Of a stretch of 34,406 nt of DNA, positions 9,880-21,834 are shown piece by piece (the first letter of the stretch is position 1; the number at the start of each line of letters is the position of its first letter). The translations under genes were made by a program, and so were the position numbers. The notes beneath the pieces were generated by a model that searched no databases, was not told where the DNA came from, and saw only the letters and a program-made list of their open reading frames with translations. The DNA is taken from assembly GCF_004010195.1 (NCBI RefSeq), contig NC_057757.1:8717275-8751680 (forward strand), written 5' to 3'. The DNA is from Chiloscyllium plagiosum. Lineage: Eukaryota.

Positions 9880-11458
9880 GACAGACACAGGCTTGAAAGG
9901 AGACAAATGAAGCATGAGTGGGTGGAATCAGGCTCACTCAGACACAGGGATTTTGTTTTTTGCTCTCACAAGTTGAAGTTGTAATTTTTTCAATTTGAAG
10001 TTGCTACATACAGCTCTCTCACTCTGCTGGAAAAAAAGTTTGAGTTTTCTCTCTGCTGCTTAATTCATACTGTGGGTAATCCTTCTCCTGGACTGGAGGA
10101 GACAGTTAAGTGAGGGAAATTTCTGTGTGCTGAATTTCCCTTTGCTAAAGATGTGTTTATGGGATTCTGCTTTTTTTTCATTTTCTTTTCCTACAGCGGT
10201 AGTGCAAAAATTTCCCCAGCACCCATGTTGTGTGTGTGCAAGTGTGAGACACAGTGAAAAACAATAGGTGTACAAATCTGTATTCCATTTCACCGCCAGG
10301 AGGAAAGGAAACACAGGAGTGGCCAGTGACAAACAAAGCCCTTCTCATCAAAGGTCAATGCTATCTGTTCAAAAGAAGTGAAGGGAGGGAAGGCATTAAA
10401 TCAAAATAGAGTTGGAGGGGAAAATAATATACTGCACATTCTTGTGGTTCCCACCTCTCCCTGAAAACCACGAGGGTGTTGGTGGACACAGCATGTTTCT
10501 TCTCCAGGAACACTTGGACACAGACTTAATCACGGATAAGGGGCAGGCAATTGTCCATAACGACACCCACCTTGGCTTGCTGCCTGGACCTATTTATGGC
10601 TAATTTGGCCAGACCCAGGAGCAGGCGCACCAGGAGATCCTGTGACCTACTTTCACTCCTCTGTACTGAGTGCCCGAAGATCAAAAACGTGGGACTGAAA
10701 TTCAACCAAAAGCAGAGGAGAATATTTTTTCTGGAAAACTAAAAAGGGAGTGCATAACACATATACATGGTCCACGGACTCCACAGCACCACAAAGCAAG
10801 CAGCAGTTAGGCTAGGAGTCCATGAACCATCGCATGCAGCCCCCTCCACCCCAGATTTCCGCAAGAAAGGTGGAGGACTCGCACGTGGCGAGCCCTCCAC
10901 AGGGAATCCCCACTGACCGATGCCAAATGGGCACACCAAGGTGTGTCTGAGCAGTGGATGAACGAAAAGAGGCAGATGGTGTGCGGCAGGAGTTAATAGA
11001 AGGTCCGCGGTGTTACATCCCTGAAGGGGACAAAACTAAAATTCCAGAGGTGGCTCAGGCTGTGGGGCACAGTTTCCCGCAGGAAGTACGGGACCCTGGG
11101 GCCAATGTGAAATTCCGTCCAGGCAGGGGTAAGCGTGGACGGGATTCCATCGCACACCTGAGTATCCTCTAACTAGTGGGGATACTGCTATATTGGAACT
11201 GCTGGTGAGCAGTAGTTAAATAATGTATTATTTTGTAATGTATTTCAAAAGAGTTAAAGTTATGTGAATTTTTTTTTAATTCTTTGTATTTTAACTGTGG
11301 TGTACAAATAAAATGGCTTTTGCTGAAAGTCTGGCAGTTCTACCAAATGAATCACACCTGGTAAACAACACTTTACGCTTGCCTTTAAGTAAGAGAAAAG
11401 TTCAGGTCTCAGTTATCTTTGATATACGTTTACAGAGGGTATAGTCTGGTCCATAACA
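9880..11458 (+). mobile_element. Probable solo-LTR remnant (about 9880-10170 plus 11179-11458) split by the Tx1 insertion
   Basis: The sequence is continuous across the GGGAT(T/A)CTGC duplication. The 3' half has AATAAA near 11308 and ends in GGTCCATAACA, an LTR-type terminus. No 5' TG end was identified. Confidence 0.45.
10171..11178 (-). mobile_element. Tx1-like (L1 clade) LINE 3' end, 5'-truncated
   Basis: The minus strand encodes a CCHC knuckle, CLLCGAVESVDHVYVLC, then FWLNFSPTFLIFGH..DLLVRLLLGLAKLAINRSRQQA..FRERW. A poly(A) tail appears as a T-run at 10171. TSD GGGATTCTGC (10161-10170) / GGGATACTGC (11179-11188). Confidence 0.8.
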
Positions 11459-11469
11459 AGGATCACTGA

Positions 11470-12060
11470 ATTGTTACAGCACAGAAGAAAGCCATTCAGA
11501 TGTTGTGTTTGTGCTGGCGTGTCTGTAAATGATCCAATGCTCTCCCAAATGCTTCAGTTGAATTTTCCTCCACCATAGTCTGAGGCAGTGCATCTTGACA
11601 CAACCAATTAACTGTTTTTCTCGTATCTCCATTGCTTCTTTTTCCAATGGTTTCAATTCTGTGTTAATGTGTTTGCAATGCTGCCATCATGGGGAGCAGT
11701 GTTTTTCAACATCTCCACCCGGATACCTTATCATTCGAGAACAGAATTAAACCTTCAGTACACCTTCTTCCTTCTGCTAAAGAGTAATGCCCATCTCTCA
11801 ATTTTTTGTGCTCATGTCTCCATTGCATTAAAAACCAAACACTAGACTCTTCCTTGTTTCTCACTTGCTCTAAGGGATAAAGCCTTGGGTTTCCAATAAC
11901 TTCAGAGCAACTCTATGCCTCTCATCCTTTTGGTGCCCAGTTGCACCAATCTCTCTTCACATAGCAGCCCTTTCATCCCTGATATCAGCCTTGTGTACAT
12001 TTGCTGCACTGGCTCTTTCACCTTAAATGACAAATGTCTAAACTGGTCAGGCCCCAGTAA
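11470..12060 (-). mobile_element. Highly decayed CR1 3' end
   Basis: TTACAGCACAGAAGAAAGCCATTCAG is a CR1-type 3' terminus in reverse (also seen near 2443). TCCACCATAGTCTGAGGCAGTGCA encodes an ..LPQTMVE-like reading on the minus strand. Confidence 0.5.
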
Positions 12061-12654
12061 TCCTGTAACCGCTTTAGAATTGTTTGTTTTTCATTATATT
12101 GTCTTTTTTGTGAATTGACCAAAATGAACTAATTGATACTTTTTACTACCTCGATCTTTTCAAACTGCCCTGGTCTCTTCTCTCCTCTGAAGGGCATACT
12201 TTGAGTCTTTGCACATGGGAAAGGACCTGATGGAAAATGTTTAGGCAGCAGGAAGATGGTGAATGATGAACATTTTTACAACCTCGGTAGGGGCACATTC
12301 CCAACTGAATGAGTGGCTCAGATCCTGTGATCCCAGTCACGGGGCAACATTGTGATGTCTGCTGCTTATGGAGAGCCACACTGGGACAACGAAAGGAGAG
12401 CTGAGTTACTCTGAGAATTGCCTGACACCAGATATGACTCCAGGGTTGGGGATCAGTATGTGTAAACGTCGATGTTTCTGCTCAAGTCTGTCAGTGTGTA
12501 ACTCTGTGTCACTTCCCCTGCGTTTCCCTCGGGGTTTATTTGGGGTTTCGATGATCAGAGCACACTCGGCAGGGATGCACTGTTTCTTAAGAGGAGTCTC
12601 CAAACTTTCCTTGGGATCACTGGTGCCCTCTTACTTCATTTTGAAAAACATAAT

Positions 12655-12868
12655 TTCTGGGATGTGGGTGTAATTTCCTGTCTGTTTTTAATTGCCCAGA
12701 GGGCCCACATTGCTGTGGGGCTGGGGTCACATTTTGGTCAGACCAGGTAAGTAGGGCAAGTTCCTTCCTGAAAGTTAATGAACCAGACACGGTTTTCCAA
12801 TGATTGACAGATTTGTATTAAATTCCCATTCCCCCATTTACTGAGGTGGAATTCGAACCGAGGTCCAC
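12655..12868 (-). mobile_element. tRNA-derived shark SINE (non-HE1 family), decayed
   Basis: B-box GGTTCGAATTCC on the minus strand. CCACATTGCTGTGGG is the reverse complement of CCCACAGCAATGTGG in the copy at 20535-20856. Confidence 0.65.
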
Positions 12869-12869
12869 A

Positions 12870-14130
12870 GTGAAATAAATCCCCCGAGGGCGATATCCCA
12901 TCACCAAGTCTCCCTTTATTTCCAGGTGCATGGTAACCAGCCCCTGGTCCAGCTTCCTCAGAGCCAGCTCTCAGATGTGCAGAACCCCTTATAGTATGTG
13001 GATGGTCCAACTGGAGGAGGGGCAGTACTGGGCCTTGTAATGGCTAATGAGTCTGTCCATGTGACTGACCTTCCAGTGGGAGAACACTCTACAACCCCTG
13101 ATTACATGGAGCATCGGATGTTGAGGAGTCACCTCATTTTCTAAAATCATGGGGGGTATTGATAGGACAAATGGACAAGGTCTTGTCCCTAAGGGTGGGA
13201 GAAGTGGCAGATGAAGCTTAATCTGGGTGAGTGCGAGGTGTTGCACTTTGGGAGATTACACGTGAAGGAAAAGCATACAGATAATGGCAGGTTCCTGAAC
13301 AACACTGATGTACAGAGGGATCTTGGAGTTCAAGTCCCTAGCTCCCTGAAATAGGCCATGCAAGTAAATAGGGTGGTAATGGAGGCGTAAGGCATGCTTG
13401 CCTTTACGGATCGGGGAATTGAGTCCAAGAATCACGATGTCATGTTGCAGCTTGTAAGATTTTGGTTCGGCCCCTCTAAGAGTATTATGTTCAATTCGGA
13501 TCACCAGAGTATAGGAAGGCTATGGAGGCTTTGGAGAGAGTGTAGAAGAGGTTTAACAGGATACTGCCTGGATTACAGGTGATGAGCTATAAGGAGAGGC
13601 TAGAATGACTCAGGTCTTTCTTTCTGGAGTGGCGGAGGCAGGGGTGAGACTTGATAGAAGTGTCGAAAATTATGAGATGCACAGATAGGATTGAAGGTTA
13701 AAATCTTTTTTCCCACAGTTGAAATGTCGCACACTTGAGGACATGCATTTAAGGTGAGAGAGGTGAAAGTTCAAAGGAGATGTGAGGGGCAAGTTTTTAC
13801 AGAGAGAGTGGTAGGAGTCTGGAACACAATGCCGGGGGTAGTGGTGGAGGCAGATACGAGAGGGACCTTTAAGGTGCTTTTAGATAAGCACATGAATATG
13901 CAAGGAATGGATGGGTGTGGACCAAGGGAAGCCAGAATGGATTAGTTTAATTTGGCGTCATGTTTGGCACAGCATCTTGGGCTGATGGTCCCATTCCTGT
14001 GCTGAACTGTTCAATGTTCTGTGTTCCCATTTGTATCTGTAAGACAGGACTCCCTGTTTGGGCCAGGTAAAAGCCCCAATCAGGGAACTCATTTTCTATG
14101 CAGTTCACCTGACTGACCTTGTTACAACAA
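12870..14130 (-). mobile_element. Probable solo LTR split into about 12870-12990 and 14030-14130 by later insertions
   Basis: TTTATT (AATAAA on the minus strand) near 12915. The two halves resemble consecutive parts of a shark LTR as I recall it; this was not verified by a search. Confidence 0.4.
13105..14027 (+). mobile_element. CR1 LINE 3' portion (two joined fragments) with 3' UTR
   Basis: KWQMKLNLGECEVLHFG, QRDLGVQV, MLAFTDRGIESKNHDVMLQL, FTERVVGVWNTMPGVVVEADT; it ends CCTGTGCTGAACTGTTCAATGTTCTGTGTTC. Confidence 0.92.
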
Positions 14131-14329
14131 CGACTCCCAGAGTCTTAGAATGAATACTCATCAAATATACCACAAGGCCATCGCCTGTCCAGATTTTTGG
14201 AAACAATACCGACGTTGCCCTGCATATTTGGCTGTACTCAACACCTTTCCCGCCTGCTTTCTATCCGCTCCTACATTAACCTCTTTCCCTATCCCATGAT
14301 TAATAGTCCTAATGATGTTCGCGACAATT

Positions 14330-14918
14330 CAAGGGACAGTGAGTATAAGACAGAGGGATTACATACTGCAGTTATACAGGACTTTGGTAAGACAGCACCT
14401 GGCGTATTGTGTGCGAGTTTGCTCTCCCTCCCTGAGAGATGTTATCCTTGTCATAGAGGGAGTGCAGCAAAGGCTGATACTGGGGAGGGCAGGAATGTCC
14501 TGTAAGGAGAGACTGGTTCAACTGGACGTGTATTCACCAGGGTTCAGAAGGATATGATTGGATCTGCCTGAAATATATAGAGGAGATTCAGGGAAGATGT
14601 TTCCCCCTGATGGGGGAGTCTAGATGAAAGGTCACTGTCTCAGGATATGGGATAAACCAATGAGGACTGAGCTGAGGAAACATTTCTTCACTCAGAGGTT
14701 GATCAACCTGTAGAATTCTCTCTCACAGAAGACTGTCGAGGCCGGGTCACTGAGTATATTTGAGGAATAGATGGATAAATGTTGTGATTTAAAGCATCAA
14801 GATGCATGGGGAGAAAGTGGGAGTACGACATTGAGATAAAGGATCAGGCAGGATCATATTGAAAGACAGAGCAGGCGCAAAGGGCTGAGTGCCTCCTCCT
14901 GTCATGGTCTATCTTTGA
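14330..14918 (+). mobile_element. CR1 LINE 3' fragment
   Basis: ILQLYRTLVRQHLAYCV..IEGVQQR (ORF 14312-14557), AGGAAACATTTCTTCACTCAGAGG, and a 3' UTR GAGCAGGCGCAAAGGGCTGA. Confidence 0.88.
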
Positions 14919-15009
14919 GGCAAAGCTGAATTAGAGTTTGCACAAGAACACTTGAGGCTCGTTGATAGGACGAATAGTTGAATGTTTCTGCAGAGACAGC
15001 CTGAAGAAA

Positions 15010-16120
15010 GCTAGAGCACAGAAGGATTCAAGAGTCAGCATACATGTCTTACAGAAACGGGAACAACCAAACTCAATGGATAATAGGGAAGGACAATGCG
15101 CAGGTGAACTTTTTTTCTACGAGAAAGGAATATAGAAAGAGGGAGATCATGTTAAAACTGTACAAGGCACTGGTCAGGATGCCCCTGGATTATTGTGAAC
15201 AGTTTTGAGCCCCTTATCTCACGAAAGATATCCTGACCTTGAAGGCAGTCCTGAGAAGGTTCACTCAGTTGATGCTAAGAATTGAGCAGTTGTCCAATGA
15301 GGAGAGGTTGATGAGTTTGGGCCTGGATTGGATTCTAGACAAATGAGAGGCAGCTTTATGGAAGCATACAAGATTCTTCAAGGTCTTGCCAGGTTGGATA
15401 CGGAGAGATTATTTCCCGTTGTAGGAAAGTCCATGAAATGAGAGCATAATCTCAGAATCAGGGATTGTATGTTAAAGATAGAGATGAAGAGCAACCTCTT
15501 GTCTCTGAGGGGAGTGAATGTGTGTGATTCTTTACTGCAGAGGGCTGTCGAGGTTGGGTCTGTAATTACATCCAAGGCTGAGGTGGACAGATTTTTAATC
15601 ATAAGGAGAATCAAAAGTTATAAAGTAAATGCAGGAAAATGCAATTGAGGATGATCAGATCAGCTGTGATCTGATCAAACAATGGATCAGACTCAGTGAT
15701 CCAAAACACCGACTTCTGATCCTCCTTCTTGTGACCGTGAAAGTCCTGTTCCATCCTTCCTCATCTTCCAGAATATTTCAATGGCAGGAGGGTGAAGGAA
15801 CCCAGTTGGTCATGGCAGAAAATCCACAGGAAATGTTTTCCATTTCATCAATAGCGATGGCAGATCATGTCAAAATGATGTGAGAATAACTGTCTTCATT
15901 CAGAGTCTGCTGACCCTGTGGAATTCTCCACCATATAAAGCTGTGGAGCTAATTCGCTGAATATAATTAAAACAGGAATAGATAGATTTCTGGATTAAAG
16001 GTGTCAAGAGTTGACAATGGGAACTTGACATTGAGATAAAGGATCATTCATGATTACCTTGAATAGTTAAGCAGGCTTGATGGGCCGAATAGCCTGCTCT
16101 TGCCCCTATTTTCTGCTTCC
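15010..16120 (+). mobile_element. Two decayed CR1 3' fragments (about 15010-15735 and 15880-16120)
   Basis: LKLYKALVRMPLDYCEQF*APYL, GCAGTCCTGAGAAGGTTCACT, and 3' UTRs GATCAGCTGTGATCT and GCAGGCTTGATGGGCCGAATAGCCTGCTC. Confidence 0.8.
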
Positions 16121-16289
16121 TCATCCTCTCAGCTACAATAATGAAAACGATTTGTCAGTAAGGGGTTGACTTATAAAAAGGACTGTTTCACTCTTAATGG
16201 ATTACACTTCAGTAAAGGTTTGCCTAGCGCATCCATACCAATCAATTTGAGCCTTTTCCTGCAAATTAATTTCATGACCGTTTGCTGAT

Positions 16290-16430
16290 GGGCATCAATT
16301 GAATTTTAATTTAAGCTGCATTTCTTCATTGAATTCAAATTCCAGCATTGGCAGTGACAGGATTCAAACCCGGGCCCCCAGGACAATCCCTGTGTTTCCG
16401 GATGAAAAGCTCACTGACAATCCCACGAGT
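16290..16430 (-). mobile_element. Partial tRNA-derived SINE head (same family as 20535-20856)
   Basis: The minus strand has GGGTTTGAATCC (B-box) followed by GGAATTTGAATTCAAT. Confidence 0.55.
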
Positions 16431-16467
16431 ACATTCCCTCTTCTTGACACAGACGTGTCAACCTTCT

Positions 16468-16620
16468 GGAATGGAGCATCAGAAGCTGAGGGGTGACCTA
16501 ATACAGTTTCATAATATCATGAGGGTCATCGAGACGGTGAATATCTGAAGCCCTTTTCTAGGGTGAGGGAGTCCAAAAGTAGACCACATAGTTTTAGTGT
16601 GAAAGGGGAAAGATTTTTTA
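16468..16620 (+). mobile_element. CR1 fragment truncated at the Penelope element
   Basis: KLRGDLIQFHNIMR (ORF 16348-16548)..GTGAAAGGGGAAAGATTT. Confidence 0.75.
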
Positions 16621-18027
16621 GAGAAACTCAGCACCCACGGACCAGTCGATCTGGGAACACTGCTGGTCACAATCGATGTTTCAGTAGCCTACATCAGCAT
16701 CCCCCACCATGACGACATTGCAGTACTCAACACCGACAACTGTCAATCTCAAAGCACAATGCTACAACTCATCTTCTTCATCCTCAACCACAATATTTTT
16801 ACCTTTCATCATCTGTTCTTCATCCAGACACACGAAACAGCCATGAGGATCAATTTTGCACAACGAGAGGCAACCTTTTCATGCACAAGTTCGAAAAAGT
16901 CTTCTTTGTTGCACAGGACCTCTGACCTCTGAGTCATTGCCGACATTTTCTTCCTCTGGATCCCTGGCGAGGAGTCACTGAAACAACTACACAGTGATAT
17001 CAACGACTTTCATCCCACCATCAGACTCACCATGGACTACTCTTTAATATGTCTCATTCTTAAACATTTGGATCTCCATCAAGGATGGGCACCTCAGTAC
17101 CTGACTTTCCTCTGAAACCACAGATAACTTCATGAAGATACATTTCTCTAGCTTGCACCCTGATCATAGCAAAACAGCCATCTCCTAAGCACAAGTCCTA
17201 CGGATACACAGGATCTGCTCAGATGAGAAGGAACATGGCGAACATCTGAAAGTGGTCAAGGACGCCCTTTTTAAGAAGGGGCTACGATGCTCAACTCATA
17301 ACTCACCATTTCTGACATGCCACAGTGAGAAACCGTAGTGACCTCCTCAGGAGAGAGACACAGGATGCAACTGATAGGGTACACTTCGTTATCCAGTACT
17401 CCCCTGGAGCCGAAAAACTACACCATGTTTTTTGCAGCTTGAACACATTATCAATGAGGATGAGCACCTCGGCAAGACCTTGCCCATGCCTCCACTTCTA
17501 GCCTTTAAACAACCGCCAAATCTTAAGCAGACCATTGTTCACAGCAACCTGGCCAGCCTTTAGGACAACATCAAATAAAACACTGTACAACACTGTCATG
17601 GCAACCACTACAAAACGTGTCAGAATGTCCACATGGATACCATCGTTATCCATGGGGACACCACCCACCATGTTCATAGCAGATACTCATGTGACGCAGC
17701 CAACGTTGTCTATCTCATTTGCTGCAGGCAAGGATGTCCCGAAGCATGCTGCAATGGCGAGAGCAAGCAGATGCTATGGAAACAGATGAATGGACGCCAT
17801 ACAGCAATCATTACACAGGGGTGATCCCTCTCAGTCGGGGAGCACATCAGCGGTCAAGGGCATTTGGCCTCAAACGTGGGGTGATCATCCTCAAAGGCGA
17901 ATTTCGGGATGTGCAACAATGCAGAGTGGCCCAGCAGAGGCTGATAGCTAAGTTAGGCATTTATGAGGATGGCCTCACCCAGGACCCTGGGTTCATGTCA
18001 CACTAAAGATGCCCTCAATGTATGAGA

Positions 18028-18065
<38 letters not shown>

Positions 18066-18883
18066 GAGACAGACAGACAGACACACAGAGACACAGACAC
18101 ACACACAAATGCATAAGTAAACATACACAAACCCTCTTACATACTCACACACTCATGCAGGCTCTCTCTCACATACAATTTCGCTCATACATACATACGT
18201 ACATACCTCTGACTCACACCCACGCCCACACCCCCTCACAGGCTTATATTCTAACACACCCACACACACACACTTTACCAAACTTTCACAGATGCAAACA
18301 TAAACTCTCTCATGAGCATTCATGTGCACACACTCACATGAACATACTTACTCTCTCTCATGCACACACACGTAAATAATTTTATGAGGTGAAGTTGTAT
18401 TTGCAGAATTATATTTGCAGATACATTCTATTTTGCTCAAAAAATGCACAATCTGCAGGCAGTCAATCCATGTAATATTTTATAAATTCCACTTTGGAAA
18501 AATAACCAGTGTGACTAAGAGTGGGATACACAAAGGCTCACCTTCTGAGCTGAGATATCATCTTTTGTTATTAAACCTTACGTTATCTTGAGAAAGTGAC
18601 TTAAAAGATGTTCTGAGATTTATATATTAATGAACCATAATCTGCAATCCATTCTAAAAGATGAAAGACTTCACAATCTATGTTTATTCAATGTATCACT
18701 GTATGACAATGTAATCTTTTGGTATAAATTCTATGTTTTCCGATCTTATACTCCAAAACCAACTGCTGAAGGACCAGCGCTCCGAAAGCTAATGTTTCCA
18801 AACAAATCTGTTGGACTATTACCCTGTGTAGCTTGATTTTTAACCTTGCTCACCCCAGTCCAAACCTGGCTCCTCCACACCAT
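16621..18883 (+). mobile_element. Penelope-like element: decayed RT + GIY-YIG endonuclease (to 18006), CA/CT-rich spacer, 3' UTR and pLTR
   Basis: LLVTIDVSVAYISIPH (LVTMDVxxLYTSIPH) and ILNHNIFTF..FFIQTHETAM (QxxGTAMG). GIY-YIG: YSCDAANVVYLICCRQGCPEA..GESKQ..MNG and RVAQQRLIAKLGIYEDGLTQD. The terminal repeat carries CTGCTGA-AGGACCAGCGCTCC-GAAAGCTA. Multiple stops and frameshifts. Confidence 0.92.
18028..18372 (+). repeat. Compound (CT)n(CA)n(GACA)n microsatellite grading into a CA-rich tract
   Basis: Directly visible; lies inside the Penelope 3' region. Confidence 0.95.
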
Positions 18884-19850
18884 GGAGTATTGTGGGCAGT
18901 TTTGGTTTCTTTATCTGAGGAAGGATGTTCTGACGATGTAGGAAGTGCATCAGAAGATTACTTTACTGTTTTCTGGGGATGGCAAGTTTGATTTACGAAG
19001 AGAGAATCAATCAGTTCGGATTGTATTCGCTGGAGGTGGAGAAATGGCAGGAGGTATCTCAAAGAGACTTTGCTGGAAAATGTTAACAGTTCTGGCAGCA
19101 TAGAGTCATAGAGGTAGACAGCATGGAAACAGACCCTTCAGTCTAAGGTGTTGGTGCCAAACAGATTTCCTACATTAATCTATTCATATTGGCCAGCATT
19201 AAGCCCATATCCATCTAAACCCTTCCTATTCATTAACCCATCCAGATGCTTTTTAAATGTTGTAATTTTACCAGCCACCACCACTTCCTCTGACAGCTCA
19301 TTCTCATTCCATGCACGCACTTTGCTCTGTGTGAAAATAATTGCCCCTTATTTCTCTTTTTATCGTTCCCTCTCATCTTAAACCTATGTTCCTCTAGTTT
19401 TGGTTTGCTCACGCTGGAGAAACGACCTTGTCTACTTACCCTATCCATGTGCCTCATGATTTCATAAACCTTGATAATGTCATCCCATAGCCCTGGAGAC
19501 AAATCATAATGTTTCGGGTCCAGTGACTCGACTTCAGATCCCCCTATAGTACTTTGCTGTGAAATTCCACCCGAAGACGAGATGTTCCCAATGACTGAGA
19601 TGTCCAGAACCAGCAGAAAGAGTCTCAGGATATTGAAGAGTTACATGAGGAGAAATGTCTCCACACAGAGAGTGGTGAATTATAGAAGTCTCTGCTACAG
19701 AATGTGGCCATGGCCAGAGCATTGAATGTTCTGAAGAAAGAAATGGATAAAGTTCTGAGGGAAAAAGCGATGGAGAGGTATGGAAGAGAGAGGGAGCGGG
19801 GTACTGAATTGGATGATTAGCAATGATCATACTGAATAGCCCAGCAGTTA
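18884..19850 (+). mobile_element. Old CR1 3' fragment (18884-19068 plus about 19575-19850) hosting nested insertions
   Basis: EYCGQFWFLYLRKDVL..GLYSLE, which resumes with GAGATGTTCCCAATG..GAGGAGAAATGTCTCCACACAGAGAGTGGTG. Confidence 0.75.
19099..19490 (-). mobile_element. CR1 3' end with (CTATGACT)-type tail
   Basis: CATAGAGTCATAGAG tail; ORF 19233-19502 reads IIKVYEIMRHMDRVSRQG..HRFK. Confidence 0.85.
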
Positions 19851-20534
19851 CGAAGTCCCTTTGATAGCCCACAGTTTCAACACAGAAACACCGATAAATG
19901 TTGACAAGGAAAGAAGCCTTTCAGCCTGTGTCTGTTCCAACCAGAAAATATCAATCTCACTTTCCAGCTCTTTGTCCCTAGCCACATAAGGGATGGCAAT
20001 TGGATTGCATTGGCTTGGATCTTTCAAAATAATGTCTGCTTTCCTCCAATCTTTTATCAGTCCCCCAGAACCTCACCAGTCTCTGGATGAGGAGACGTGT
20101 CCTTGTCCCTCCTCATGTACGACTGCCAGTTCATTCCAATTCTCACACCCTGCTTAATAAAGTCTCTACTGAGGTCAATCCCTCATTCATACAATGAAGC
20201 ATCCAAACCTGGACACCTTCCCACCGCCCTCCAACGTCCAGTCAATCAGTCAATCCAATCATTCCTCACAGGTACAATTCTCAAATCATGTCAATATCTT
20301 CATTGAACTCCATGAACCTATTGTCTCCTCGCTTAGTGCAATGACTTGAACTCCATGTTGCCCTCTCCTCTCCTATCAGCTTAGTGTTTTATTCAATGAC
20401 ACGGAAATATCGAATTGGGAACAAACCATTCAGCCCCTCTAGCCTGTGCCATCAGTCGATATGGCGATTGGACTCTGAAGTTGCTGTTCTAGCTTTCCAG
20501 ATTCAAGCAATGTGCTCGTGTGGGTGGGAATGAT

Positions 20535-20856
20535 GACTGAGTGTTACTGTCACTAGACTGTTAGTCCCGCAGACCCAAGTCATGATCTGGTGTCAGTTGC
20601 TCAAATTCCCCTGTGGCAATTGGTGGAATCTAAATTCAATAATAGCTCTGGAGTTTACTGATCACCATGAAACTGTTAATGATTGTCAGAGATGGAAAAC
20701 CTCTCCGGATTCACTGATGTCCTTTAGGGAAAGAAACCGTCATTCCCATAGAATCTGGCCTACCTCTGATTCTAGACCCACAGCAATGTGGTTTGCTCTT
20801 CATCACCTTCTGGGTAATAAATACTGCCTTACCTGTATCCTGTGAATGAATTAAGG
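20535..20856 (+). mobile_element. tRNA-derived shark SINE (non-HE1 family)
   Basis: GGTGGAATCTAAATTCAATAA..TTCACTGATGTCCTTTAGGGAAAGAAA..CCCACAGCAATGTGG..GTGAATGAATTAA; related copies at 12655 and 16290. Confidence 0.7.
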
Positions 20857-21519
20857 AAATGGGATGCTTTACAATCTGTTTGTTGCTCCTTGATTCATTC
20901 ACATAATCTATCACTGTCTCTGAATTGATGGTTCTATTAATCCCCTTTACCGCATCACCCCACTCTGTGCCACCAAAACCTGGATACTGCTTTCTATTCT
21001 GTCAGCAATGTCATTAATATATTGGGTGTACAGCATCATTGACCATAAACACGGGCTGTACTATCTGTCCTGGCTTCAATCCCACTCCCATGGGCTGAGA
21101 CTATGCGAACAAAGCAGAGGCTCCCCAAATTACTCATTCCAAATGCTGCATCCAGTCTACATAAACTGAACTCTGGGACACAACTCCATCTCATGCACTC
21201 ACTTAATAGTGCCTTTCGTTTTCAGTCGGAATGTATGTCCCAGTCAGGCGCTGGAGGATTGAATGATTGATGTTCGAATGAGGCAGGGACATAACAATTG
21301 ACCGTGTGTGCCAGAACCAAAGTTTTGCCTGTAAGAAGGGGCATCAGAGATATTAGAGAAGGGGACTTCATTGTCATTAAATCGTTAAACCCTCGAGACT
21401 TTACTTCAAGCCGTACACCACACAGACTGCAATCGTGCAAGAAAGATACTTACCACCTTCTCATGGCAATTAACAAGAGGCAATACGTGGTGGCTGAGCC
21501 ACCGACAGAATCATGGAGT

Positions 21520-21635
21520 GAAGGATGGAAGCGAGAAGGAAAGAAAAGAGAGAGAAACAGCAAAAAGAGAAAGGAAGTCAAAAGAAACAAAATGAAAAGA
21601 AAGAGAGAAAGAAATGAAGGAAGGACAGAAGGAAA
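21520..21635 (+). repeat. Polypurine (GAAA/GGAA)-rich tract
   Basis: Directly visible. Confidence 0.85.
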
Positions 21636-21834
21636 CTATACAACCTTTAAAGAGATCGTGGCAGATCATTTGCAATATCATCGCATTCAAAGCTATAGGA
21701 TAAGTGCTGGAAGGTGGAACTAGTGTAGATAAGTCAATGCAACTTTATTGACCAAAGGCCCTCGTATACATCCTATGATTATCTGATTCTATGGTCATCG
21801 ATGTGGTGTGTTAGGTTGACAATGCAAACGTTAA

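Noticed and set aside
18155..18379. His/Thr-rich protein
   Set aside because: Translation of a CA-rich microsatellite.
21446..21454. U1 snRNA 5' end (ATACTTACC)
   Set aside because: Only 9 nt match, and the downstream sequence does not resemble U1.
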